Part shown: positions 56,410 to 64,000 of the stretch, one piece after another
How the letters are laid out: every line of letters starts with the position of its first letter
How positions within the stretch are numbered: the stretch's first letter is position 1
Source of the DNA: an uncultured Sulfolobales archaeon
GTDB lineage: Archaea; Thermoproteota; Thermoprotei_A; Sulfolobales; Desulfurococcaceae
Reading direction: 5' to 3'
DNA length: 64,000 nt
NCBI GenBank assembly: GCA_938045475.1
Contig: CALIML010000015.1
Coordinates: 4,889-68,888, forward strand
Notes under the pieces: generated by a model
What the model was told of the DNA's origin: nothing
The model's database searches: none
The model's input: only the letters and a program-made list of their open reading frames with translations
Made by a program: the position numbers and the translations under genes

Positions 56410-57097
56410 AGGACCGCCCGCCATCTATAGCAAAGCTTAAGTGATGAGGCTTTAGCAAATGTGTAGGAAGAGCTCTTCCACGGCGAACATCCATGGGCAT
56501 TGAACAGCCTTAGGCACTAGTTTTACTAGCCTCCATGATCTCTCTAGCCATAGGTGTAGCGTACTTTATTAAGAGCTTTAAACTCAATCATTTGATTTCT
56601 AAAGTACTCCCATTCTCATTACTTATTGCCTACTCTCTACAGGTTTTTTCACGGAGATCCTATAGCAGCATTATTTGCGTGGCTTTCAGCAGTAGCTGCA
56701 GCTTCGATAATTCCCGATGCCCTATGGTTCCTCAGAGAGAGTTTAAGTGAAAAACTATCGGTAGGCACAAGCTTAATAGCATACTTTAAGGGGGAAAAGC
56801 AATTACTTAAAGAAGTCTAAAACAATACTGTAGCGAACTTGTAGAAAACATCGTAACGCAGCTGCTAAAGCCATTTACCTCCCTATTCCAGCTAACTAGA
56901 GGCTGCACTCTATATAACGATAACCTGTAAATAGGGCTAAATCCACTAACGAAAATACAGGCGTTTAAATATCGCTAAATACTGTTAGTGGAGAAACGTG
57001 AGTTAAGAAGCTATCTTGAGTATTCGCTCTCCACTCACTGCGCTGTTACCTCTATGTATGAATAATTAATTAAGCTCTGCAGCAATTGCTTCTATAG

Positions 57098-57916
57098 GTG
57101 ATTAGCGTTAAGAGGCTAATAGCCTTAATAACCGACTTCGGCTACAAGGACCCCTACATAGGAGTTATGAAGGGTGTGATAAAGTCCATTAATCCAGATG
57201 CAGAAATAGTGGACCTTACGCATGGCATAACAAGGCACAGTATTTTAGAAGCAGCTGTAAATCTACTGGTTTCAGCAAAGTACTTTCCACAAGGCACTAT
57301 ATTTGTAGTAGTCGTAGATCCAGGTGTTGGTAGTGAGAGGAGGGCGCTATTAGTTGAGACAAACAACTATGTGTTGATAGGGCCTGATAACGGTTGTTTA
57401 AGCTTACTTATGGAGAAGGATGGCGTTAAAAGAGCCTTCGACATATCTAGCTCGCGATATAGATTGGCCAATGTATCGGGCACATTTCATGGGAGAGACG
57501 TGTTTGCCCCCATAGCTTCATGGGTGAGCAGGGGAGTGCCCTTAGAAGATATTGGCGTAAGAATAGACGTAGGCTCCATAGCTAGAGTAAGAGTTGAGAA
57601 GCCCAAGTATGATTTAGGGGAGAAGACGATCATGGGTAGAGTGCTATACATAGATCTATACGGTAACGTAATGACTAATGTGGAGGCTAATTACATTAAT
57701 TTAGTTAAGGCTGAGTATGGCTCTAGGCTCAACGTCACTGTAGACAGTGGTGAGCATCAGTGCATTTACGAGAAGAGCTTTAGCAGAGTTCTGCGCGGGG
57801 AATTAGCATGCTATATAAATTCATGGGGTTTCCTTGAAGTAGCTGTAAACATGGGCGATGCATCGCAGTTTTTGGGAGTTAAACCCGGCGATAAAATATC
57901 TTTTAAAGTTATTTAA
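57098..57916 (+). CDS. SAM hydrolase / SAM-dependent halogenase family protein (DUF62, SAM hydroxide adenosyltransferase-like)
   Basis: 272 aa. The N-terminus LITDFGYKDPYIGVMKGVI and VVVDPGVGS are typical of the DUF62 family. Confidence 0.8.
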   Translation: MISVKRLIALITDFGYKDPYIGVMKGVIKSINPDAEIVDLTHGITRHSILEAAVNLLVSAKYFPQGTIFVVVVDPGVGSERRALLVETNNYVLIGPDNGCLSLLMEKDGVKRAFDISSSRYRLANVSGTFHGRDVFAPIASWVSRGVPLEDIGVRIDVGSIARVRVEKPKYDLGEKTIMGRVLYIDLYGNVMTNVEANYINLVKAEYGSRLNVTVDSGEHQCIYEKSFSRVLRGELACYINSWGFLEVAVNMGDASQFLGVKPGDKISFKVI

Positions 57917-57963
57917 AACGCTCAGTTAGCTGATCATTATCTATAGGAGTAGGTGGTGGAATA

Positions 57964-58485
57964 ATGTTTAAGCAAGTGCCTTCATTTGAATTAAGAGCTA
58001 TAGGGATAGTGAGAGTCGGGCTAAGTGATGAGGAAGTTAAGAATTCCATTGACGGAGTCTACGGGTCAATAGAGGTTTATTCAGAGTACTCAGATGGACT
58101 TAAGGAAATAGATGGCTTCAGCCACTTAATAGTAATAGCGTATCTACATAAAGTCCGTAGTGAGGATAGAGCCGTGCTTAGAGTTAAGCATAGGAAGTGG
58201 GCGAGGTTTGGAGTAACCATCGATGATCTACCTGAAGTAGGCGTATTTGCAAGCGATTCACCGGCGAGGCCTAATCCAATAGCTCTATCCATAGTTAAGT
58301 TAGTTAAGAGAGAGGGAAGGGTGCTGCATGTAAGAGGCCTAGATTTATTTGATGGAACTCCGGTGCTAGATATAAAGCCATATACTCCTGATAGATGCGT
58401 TAGCCACGTAGAAGTACCATTGTGGTACAATGAATTACTTAACAGGATAGAGAAAGCTATCAGTGGAAGACTCATGCCGCTATAA
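57964..58485 (+). CDS. trmO: tRNA (N6-threonylcarbamoyladenosine(37)-N6)-methyltransferase TrmO (TsaA/YaeB family)
   Basis: 173 aa with the blocks RPNPIALS and FDGTPVLDIKPY. Confidence 0.8.
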   Translation: MFKQVPSFELRAIGIVRVGLSDEEVKNSIDGVYGSIEVYSEYSDGLKEIDGFSHLIVIAYLHKVRSEDRAVLRVKHRKWARFGVTIDDLPEVGVFASDSPARPNPIALSIVKLVKREGRVLHVRGLDLFDGTPVLDIKPYTPDRCVSHVEVPLWYNELLNRIEKAISGRLMPL

Positions 58486-58521
58486 ACGCGCTGGAAGAGC
58501 TATTCATACTGTAAAGACAGC

Positions 58522-58527
58522 TTTTTT
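58522..58527 (+). terminator. Oligo-T termination signal downstream of trmO
   Basis: A T6 run in CAGCTTTTTTACC, about 35 nt after the trmO stop. Confidence 0.35.
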
Positions 58528-58576
58528 ACCTACGAGGTAAGAAGAATTATCTAAGAACTCTGTGAGCCGATGAAGC

Positions 58577-59266
58577 TTGCCAACGGCTCCATCATTAGAG
58601 GTGAGCGTTTTAGAGATTGCTTATACAGCAATATACTTTACGTGGGTTATAGCAGTTGTCTACCCTATATCGAGGGCTTTCTACAGCTTCGGCATAAAGA
58701 GGGGGGTCCCTCATAAAAACATGATTTACTATAACAGGAAGCTTATACACGTTCTTGCAGGAGGAGTAGTGGCTTTACTAGTGCCGTTTACTTTTAAAAC
58801 ACCTATCCTCCCATTCGCCATGGCGCTGCTCTTAGCACTACTCACCTACATACCCCATAGAGTAGGGAAGCTGCTGTACTGGTTTCAAGTAGAGGACAAC
58901 TCGTATGAAGCACACTTCTGCCTATCGTGGGGGCTGATGATACTCCTATCATGGATCATATTCAGTAATTACTGGTACGGCGTTCTACCAATATTGTTCA
59001 TGGCTTTTGGGGATGGAGCAACGGGGGTTGTAAGAAACCTTGTATACAAAAAACGCACTAAGTCCTGGCTGGGGAACTTAGCTATGGCTGCTTTATCAAT
59101 TCCTCTTGGAGCAGCAGTAATGAGTATTCCGGGAGCATTGGCTGGGGTAGTAGCAAGCATAGTTGAGCATTTCGAGTACAAGTTCATAGATGACAACATA
59201 ACTGTTCCATTATCAGCATTTACAATACTGTTTGTATTTACAAAACTAATGCCGTTGGGTATTTAA
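58577..59266 (+). CDS. Polyprenol/dolichol kinase - CTP-transferase family membrane protein
   Basis: 229-aa polytopic protein. The motif FGDGATGVVRNLVYKKRTKSWLGN resembles the GDxxA..G...K.KSxEG block of dolichol kinase / cytidylyltransferase-family enzymes. Confidence 0.5.
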   Translation: MPTAPSLEVSVLEIAYTAIYFTWVIAVVYPISRAFYSFGIKRGVPHKNMIYYNRKLIHVLAGGVVALLVPFTFKTPILPFAMALLLALLTYIPHRVGKLLYWFQVEDNSYEAHFCLSWGLMILLSWIIFSNYWYGVLPILFMAFGDGATGVVRNLVYKKRTKSWLGNLAMAALSIPLGAAVMSIPGALAGVVASIVEHFEYKFIDDNITVPLSAFTILFVFTKLMPLGI

Positions 59267-59358
59267 ATGCGTCTAACTACATGACCTCAAGCAATAAGCG
59301 ATTACCTGGAGAAGACTAAATAATTTAAAAGACTTCTAGCGCATTCCTTAAGTATAGA

Positions 59359-59459
59359 GCGGGGGTGCCCGAGCATGGGCGAAGGGGGCGGACTCAAGGC
59401 CTTAAGCGTGAGAGATCCGCTGGCGTAGGCCGACGTGGGTTCAAATCCCACCCCCCGCA
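59359..59459 (+). tRNA. tRNA-Leu(CAA) with a 16-nt intron after position 37
   Basis: Acceptor stem GCGGGGG/CCCCCGC with discriminator A. Anticodon stem GCGGA/UCCGC and loop CU-CAA-G[intron 59399-59414]A. Long variable arm. T arm GUGGG-UUCAAAU-CCCAC. No encoded CCA. TATA-like AATTTAAAAG lies about 30 nt upstream. Confidence 0.9.
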
Positions 59460-59517
59460 TTTAAAATGATCTGGTGGTTCCTTAATTACAAGGAATTAAA
59501 TAGCTTTTAGTGCTATA

Positions 59518-59591
59518 CACTAGTAGCGATGAAGAGTCCTAGTCCAGTCGGAGGAGGTGAAGAAGGGATCTCCGGCACTGAGCCGCTAGTG
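59518..59591 (+). ncRNA. Candidate K-turn (C/D-like) sRNA closed by a terminal stem
   Basis: CACUAG (59518-59523) pairs with CUAGUG (59586-59591), enclosing GCGAUGA (C-like, 59526-59532) and CUGA (D, 59578-59581), which span 56 nt. The internal C' is UGAAGA (59558-59563), but spacing is 14 nt and D' is not recognisable. Confidence 0.35.
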
Positions 59592-59697
59592 ATTAACCTA
59601 GGTTATTTAATGTATGGTAGATAGCTTAACGTACTTGAGAAAGTACACGTAGCGTAGTTGTGGAGAAGGGTTTATAAAGGAGGTTTCTAAGGGCTGG

Positions 59698-60624
59698 GTG
59701 CATGGAGGCATTGATTACAGGAATTCAATAGCTCTACCTAGCATGGCTAATTCGCACATTCACTTAATTGATCCACTTATCCAAGAAGCGTGCATAGGCT
59801 ATGACTTAGCTGCATACGTTGGCTCCAGAGGAGTGAATAATCCTTTAGTTAAACTAAGCTTCGATGAGGATTCGTTGAGAAGCCATAGCTAGAGACTTCT
59901 TCATTGAACTCCCAGGCTTTGCGGGAAAGTACGGGAGTTAGTGAGGGAGGGGGGCATTGAATGTGCATCAATGGCTTGTCCTATGAGAATTAGCGAACCC
60001 GATGAACTCATTAGAATAGCTGAAGCATGCAGTGGAGTAGGAATTGTGAGTCTAACCAACCTACACTACCTACATGGGCTCTCGACGCTCTATCGAAAAT
60101 ATCGAGAGATCACGTTGTTGCAGCACATATTGGTGAGACTAAGAGAATGATGGTTGTTGGATGGCTTGAATACATTTTACTCAGGAGTCAGACTTAGATA
60201 CGTGTTCATGGAGTACACTTAAGAAGCAAACTTAGCAGTTCTCTCAGAGAACAACATTTCTTAGTGTCATGCTCTAGCGGCTACATATGGTTCACTGGAA
60301 AACTACCTGAACTCCATAGAGCTTGGCTTAAAAGAGTAAGCATTGCTCCAGGCACATATGATGCTGGTTGTTTTAAGCCAGGTGTTTGGAGAGAGGCAAG
60401 TGTTATACAACTTGATCTACAGCCGTTTACCGCATGTAAGCGCAAGGGATCTTGTGAGAATGCTTGCCTTATCATCTCTTAGAGCACTGAGTTTAGAAAC
60501 CCCTTGGCTTATTGAAGAAGGGGCTAGAGCATTCTTCACCATAATGAACGCTGAGCCCCTTGGCTTAACCAATTCTGGACAAACATGCTGCCATATTAAA
60601 GAGAGCTTCAAGCGATCTAATTAG
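59698..60624 (+). pseudogene. Decayed amidohydrolase-superfamily gene (chlorohydrolase / MtaD / deaminase-like)
   Basis: Homology is spread over two frames with in-frame stops. ALPSMANSHIHL (HxH metal site, frame 1) is followed by stops at 59890 and 59905. DHVVAAHIGETKR is in frame 3, with a TAG at 60195. RVHGVHL...VSCSS...VSIAPGTYDAG is also frame 3. ARDLVRMLALSSLRALSL...GARAFFTI is back in frame 1. Confidence 0.7.
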
Positions 60625-60806
60625 GGCTGTGGTGAGAGCTGAGTCATTCATTCAACGAATACCATAGCGAGCTCGATGAGTAAAGCCTGTGCCCGCAATG
60701 GCTGGAGCTGTTGAGTAGTTTAAATACCTAGCCGTATACTTTGTAGCACCGGTATGTTTATGTTGTTTATGTTAAGGTATTTAGATAAGTAGCAAGGTGA
60801 GGTTAG

Positions 60807-61913
60807 TTGGCTATAACTCTCGACCCCTGGGGGCACTTCATTATAGAGGACTATGGGAAGCTCATAGAGCAATTTGGAATGACGCCTATAGAATCTGTGC
60901 TTAACCTACTGCCTGAAAGCCACTACTTCTTCCAGAGGAGGATTGTGTTTGGCCACAGGGACTTAGACCTATGGCTCAAGGCGCTTAAAGAGGGCGGGAG
61001 AAATGCTGTTTTAACAGGCTTTATGCCCAGCGGCCATGTTCACTTAGGACACTTAATGGTCATTGAAGAACTTAAGTATTTCCAGAGGCATGGAGCTCAA
61101 ATAACTATAGTGATAGCTGATGCAGAGGCTTATGCAGTGAGAAAAATTAGGAGGGAACAGCTCTTCAAGTACTCAGAGGAATACATTTCATACGCTCTTG
61201 CCGCAGGCCTAGATCCATACAAGACTAAGTTCTATTTCCAGACAAACCAGAGGAGCGAGTACTACAGACTCATCCATATGTTCTCAAGGAAGGTAACTAC
61301 TGCAGAAATGGAGGCTATTTACGGCTCTCTAGAGCCAGCTAAAGTAGTTGCTTCACTGACTCAAGCAGCTGACATACTTCATCTCCAGTTAGAGGGATAT
61401 GGAGGTTTTGAAAACATACTGGTTCCAGTAGGAGCAGATCAGGATCCTCACATAAGGCTTACAAGAGATCTAGCTGATAGATTCTTTGAAGAGCTTAAGT
61501 TAAGGAGACCTTCATCGATGTATCATAAATTTGCAAGAGGCCTTGATGGCAATAAGATGAGTAGTTCGAGGCCTGAGTATGCAGTATTCCTAAGCGATCC
61601 TATGGACATAGTTGAGTCTAAAGTTATGAAGGCGCTGACTGGTGGAAGAGCTACAGCTGAAGAACAAAGAGAATTAGGTGGAGAGCCGTGGAAGTGCACA
61701 GTGTTCGACCTTTACTCATACTATTTAATTACTGACGATCGTTCTCTAAGGAATACACGTGATGACTGCATAAGCGGCCGCATCCTATGCGGTGAGTGTA
61801 AGTTGAAAGCTTGTGAGAAATTAGTTAAGCTAATCAAAAACTTGCAGGAGTCAGCGGAGAGATACATTAGTTCCGACTTAGTTAATAAAGTAATCGAATA
61901 CCCAAGCTTTTAA
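60807..61913 (+). CDS. trpS: Tryptophanyl-tRNA synthetase
   Basis: 368 aa with the class-I motifs PSGHVHLGHL (HIGH) and KMSSS. Size and pattern fit archaeal TrpRS. TTG start. Confidence 0.85.
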   Translation: MAITLDPWGHFIIEDYGKLIEQFGMTPIESVLNLLPESHYFFQRRIVFGHRDLDLWLKALKEGGRNAVLTGFMPSGHVHLGHLMVIEELKYFQRHGAQITIVIADAEAYAVRKIRREQLFKYSEEYISYALAAGLDPYKTKFYFQTNQRSEYYRLIHMFSRKVTTAEMEAIYGSLEPAKVVASLTQAADILHLQLEGYGGFENILVPVGADQDPHIRLTRDLADRFFEELKLRRPSSMYHKFARGLDGNKMSSSRPEYAVFLSDPMDIVESKVMKALTGGRATAEEQRELGGEPWKCTVFDLYSYYLITDDRSLRNTRDDCISGRILCGECKLKACEKLVKLIKNLQESAERYISSDLVNKVIEYPSF

Positions 61914-62019
61914 CGCAAAACCCTCTTTCCCTGCAAGCGCTTCTCGCAATCCACTTTATTTAGGCCAAGTCCTCAACAGTTTGAACTAGTGTCGACTTTC
62001 ATAGCTAGTTCAGAAGAAG

Positions 62020-62868
62020 TCAACTAGAGCTTGTTAAAGCGAGAAAGATTGAAGCAGATACGAGTAGTGCTCCAAGTATGTGCTGAAACTCTACTTCTTT
62101 CTTCAACGACATGCTTGAAATAACCACTGCCAGTACTGGCACGGCAGCTGTAATTATTACAGCCGTGTAGGTTTCCACGATTTTAACTGCTTCATAGAAC
62201 ATTGTTCCCCCAATAGTATAACCAAGTATTCCTGAAGCTAGTGTGTAAGGCATATTCTTTACCTCACTAATAATTCTATTTAGGCCAAGTAGAGCTGGGC
62301 TTATTGATAGAAGTATGCATCCTGAGATGATAGTTCTTAGAGCATTAAGTGTTACAGGATCTATGCCTAGATCGTTTATAGCCCAATCAACTAAGTGAAC
62401 CCACATACTCCAAGCCAGGGATGCACCAACGGCTAGAACTAAACCATTTATGGCTAGAGATGTTCTAGAGCTCCTGTAAGCAATTGCCACTCCTAATGAT
62501 GCTACAACAGCTGATAGTAGTACAGCCGGCTTAATGCCTTCACCTAAAAGCGATCCAATTAATTGTGAAATCACTATATAGCTATAAGCTACTGGAACAG
62601 CTAGCCCTGGCCCAGCAATCCTTAGTGAAGATACATACAGCGTATCGCCAAGAACTGTTCCCACAAGACCTACTACTGCTGCTGAATAAAGAGTGCTCAC
62701 ACTAATATCACTTAACACTAGCGGCAGTAGAATTGCTCCAGCCAAGATCGCCCTAGCACCATTTCCTACAACGCTGTTTCCACGCCCCTTATCTAAGGAT
62801 ATTAAAGTCGGCGTTATAGACCATGATGCTACCGCTCCAAGCAACAGTACAAGTCCTGCGTGGTTCAC
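62020..62868 (-). CDS. DMT-superfamily (EamA-like) transporter
   Basis: 282 aa with about 10 TM helices in two internally similar halves. Confidence 0.8.
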   Translation of the reverse strand: MNHAGLVLLLGAVASWSITPTLISLDKGRGNSVVGNGARAILAGAILLPLVLSDISVSTLYSAAVVGLVGTVLGDTLYVSSLRIAGPGLAVPVAYSYIVISQLIGSLLGEGIKPAVLLSAVVASLGVAIAYRSSRTSLAINGLVLAVGASLAWSMWVHLVDWAINDLGIDPVTLNALRTIISGCILLSISPALLGLNRIISEVKNMPYTLASGILGYTIGGTMFYEAVKIVETYTAVIITAAVPVLAVVISSMSLKKEVEFQHILGALLVSASIFLALTSSS

Positions 62869-62882
62869 GGATGCTTCAGCCT

Positions 62883-63554
62883 CTAGAGAACTCCCAGCTC
62901 CTTCATTAACTCCTTAGCTGTACTAAGAGGATCCTTAGACTTGGTTATCGCGCTGCCGACAATTACTATATCAACCCCGCTTGCAGCTAAGGGCTTTACA
63001 GCACCAGGCTTTAATCCACCAGCTACAGCTAAATAAAATCCTGTGCCCAGCTTTCTAATATCCTCAATCTCCTTGATCATGTCTCTTGCAGTTATCCCTC
63101 TTGACACTTGTACATCTATCCCTACGTGGTAGACTATGATGCTAGCGCCTAACTCCATTAATCTCTTTGAATCCCTTAAGGGGTCTATGGATGTAATTAA
63201 GTCTGCCGCGACATATCTCCCTCTAGCACTTGCTTCATCAATCATTGATTTAACCGTTGAATCGTCTGCAGCACTGAGTACACTAACTATGTCAGCCCCT
63301 CTATCAAAGAACATGCCTGCTTCAAGCCTACCTACATCAACAGTCTTAGTATCTGCGAAGACAACTGCATTAGTTGCCTTCTTCAGTAACTCTACTGCTA
63401 AAGCACCCCATGACTTAATTAATGGAGTTCCGGCCTCAATTATTAAGTGTTCTTTAGGCAAATTTGAGGAAAGCTCTAAAGAAATCTTGAGAGCTTCAGC
63501 TAGATTTATTAAGTCTAACGCTATTTGTAGAGCAGGCTTTTTAACGCCATTCAT
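62883..63554 (-). CDS. 3-hexulose-6-phosphate synthase-like / OMP-decarboxylase-family protein
   Basis: ATG 63554 gives MNGVKKPALQIALDL...IIEAGTPLIK...FADTKTVD...AVAGGLKP...VIVGSAITK, the HPS/KGPDC pattern. The palindromic A/T tract AAATAATTTATT lies about 40 nt upstream. The longer track ORF (to 63674) adds a non-homologous extension. Confidence 0.65.
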   Translation of the reverse strand: MNGVKKPALQIALDLINLAEALKISLELSSNLPKEHLIIEAGTPLIKSWGALAVELLKKATNAVVFADTKTVDVGRLEAGMFFDRGADIVSVLSAADDSTVKSMIDEASARGRYVAADLITSIDPLRDSKRLMELGASIIVYHVGIDVQVSRGITARDMIKEIEDIRKLGTGFYLAVAGGLKPGAVKPLAASGVDIVIVGSAITKSKDPLSTAKELMKELGVL

Positions 63555-63772
63555 TGAGGCCGCCTCTTCTAACAAAATTAACTCCACTAATAAATAATTT
63601 ATTGAAGTCCTCTCTAGAGTAGGGAGCTTTAATGGCTTGCATTGGCGAAAAGAAGCAGTTGCTGAGAATTCCAAGGCTTGTGTCGGGCATCACTATCCAT
63701 ACCTCCGCCTTAGCTTTTAAACTGCTTTCGCTAGCTGCCTCCAAGTAATGTAAGTGCATTGATACCTATTGT

Positions 63773-64000
63773 TTAATCGCATATTTCGCCTAGTTCTTCT
63801 AAGTGCTTTTTAAGTGTTAATGCTATGTCTCTAGCAGATATGACTCCTCTAACTCTCCCCTCTTTATCAACCACTGGTAAGTGCCTTATCCTTCTTTCAG
63901 ATAGTATTAAGATTGCTTTAGTTAAAGCATCTTCAGCTCTCACAGTTATGGGGTTTTTAGTCATTACATCTCCAACTTTCGTAGTTAAAGGTATTCCTCC
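63773..64000 (-). CDS. CBS-domain protein, C-terminal part (5' end beyond window)
   Basis: The frame is open to the window edge. MTKNPITVRAEDALTKAILILSERRIRHLPVVDKEGRVRGVISARDI is a canonical CBS repeat. Confidence 0.75.
   Translation of the reverse strand, partial: GGIPLTTKVGDVMTKNPITVRAEDALTKAILILSERRIRHLPVVDKEGRVRGVISARDIALTLKKHLEELGEICD

Noticed and set aside
61957-62290. A 14-nt exact repeat TATTTAGGCCAAGT at 61957-61970 (spacer) and 62277-62290 (inside the DMT transporter gene). There is also a 13-nt repeat TTAAATATCGCTA at about 48098 and about 56966.
   Set aside because: Several exact 13-14-mers are expected by chance among the roughly 2e9 position pairs in a 64-kb window. There is no extended similarity around either pair, so there is no evidence for a mobile element or duplicated fragment.
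63555-63759. The N-terminal 40-residue extension of the HPS-like ORF (to 63674) and the overlapping 72-aa ORF 63541-63759.
   Set aside because: Family homology begins at MNGVKKPALQIALD (ATG 63554), and a TATA-like palindrome lies about 40 nt upstream of that ATG, inside the supposed extension. The 72-aa ORF has no features.
1-64000. A window-wide look for CRISPR arrays, IS elements/transposases, integrases, toxin-antitoxin pairs and known defence genes.
   Set aside because: No regularly spaced direct repeats were seen. No DDE/serine/tyrosine recombinase-like ORFs were seen, nor Cas, restriction-modification, Argonaute or similar signatures. The only mobile genetic element is the RadA intein.

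Overview
This 64-kb window is densely coded (about 90 percent) and looks like chromosomal DNA of a hyperthermophilic crenarchaeon (Thermoprotei, possibly Desulfurococcales-like). The evidence is reverse gyrase flanked by two Alba paralogues, an ESCRT-III-like gene, archaeal-type PEP carboxylase, AglB and an intron-containing tRNA-Leu. GGTGA Shine-Dalgarno motifs occur inside operons, and A/T-rich TATA boxes lie about 25-35 nt upstream of mostly leaderless first genes. Most content is housekeeping: a 2-oxoacid:ferredoxin oxidoreductase operon (alpha cut by the window edge), an intein-bearing RadA, an NreA-like plus radical-SAM pair, and phosphate transport (PiT plus DUF47). It also holds SufS, Nnr, ornithine carbamoyltransferase, threonine dehydratase, cystathionine-gamma-synthase-like enzyme, asd-ppcA, two paralogous five-gene peptide-type ABC transporter operons, FprA, TrpRS, TrmO, a SAM hydrolase and an HPS-like enzyme. 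I found no CRISPR array, transposase, integrase or recognisable defence system, and no convincing new multi-gene system. The things worth a second look are: (i) small RNAs missed by an ORF track, including two near-canonical 52-nt C/D box sRNAs and several weaker ones; (ii) a 427-aa LAGLIDADG intein in the RadA P-loop; (iii) a translationally coupled NreA-like / SPL-like radical-SAM pair of unknown biochemistry; (iv) four unusually gene-poor patches (2.26-3.25 kb, 9.26-9.70 kb, 56.4-57.1 kb, 59.46-60.8 kb), the last being a decayed amidohydrolase pseudogene next to the tRNA; (v) an ABC permease whose conserved N-terminus has a good SD but only an ATC codon as start; (vi) a 46-bp identical tract shared by two adjacent ABC ATPase paralogues; (vii) a TrpRS with a Cys motif resembling the Fe-S type; (viii) a poorly characterised five-gene block at 31.9-36.9 kb. 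All functional calls come from motif recognition by eye. No database search was run.
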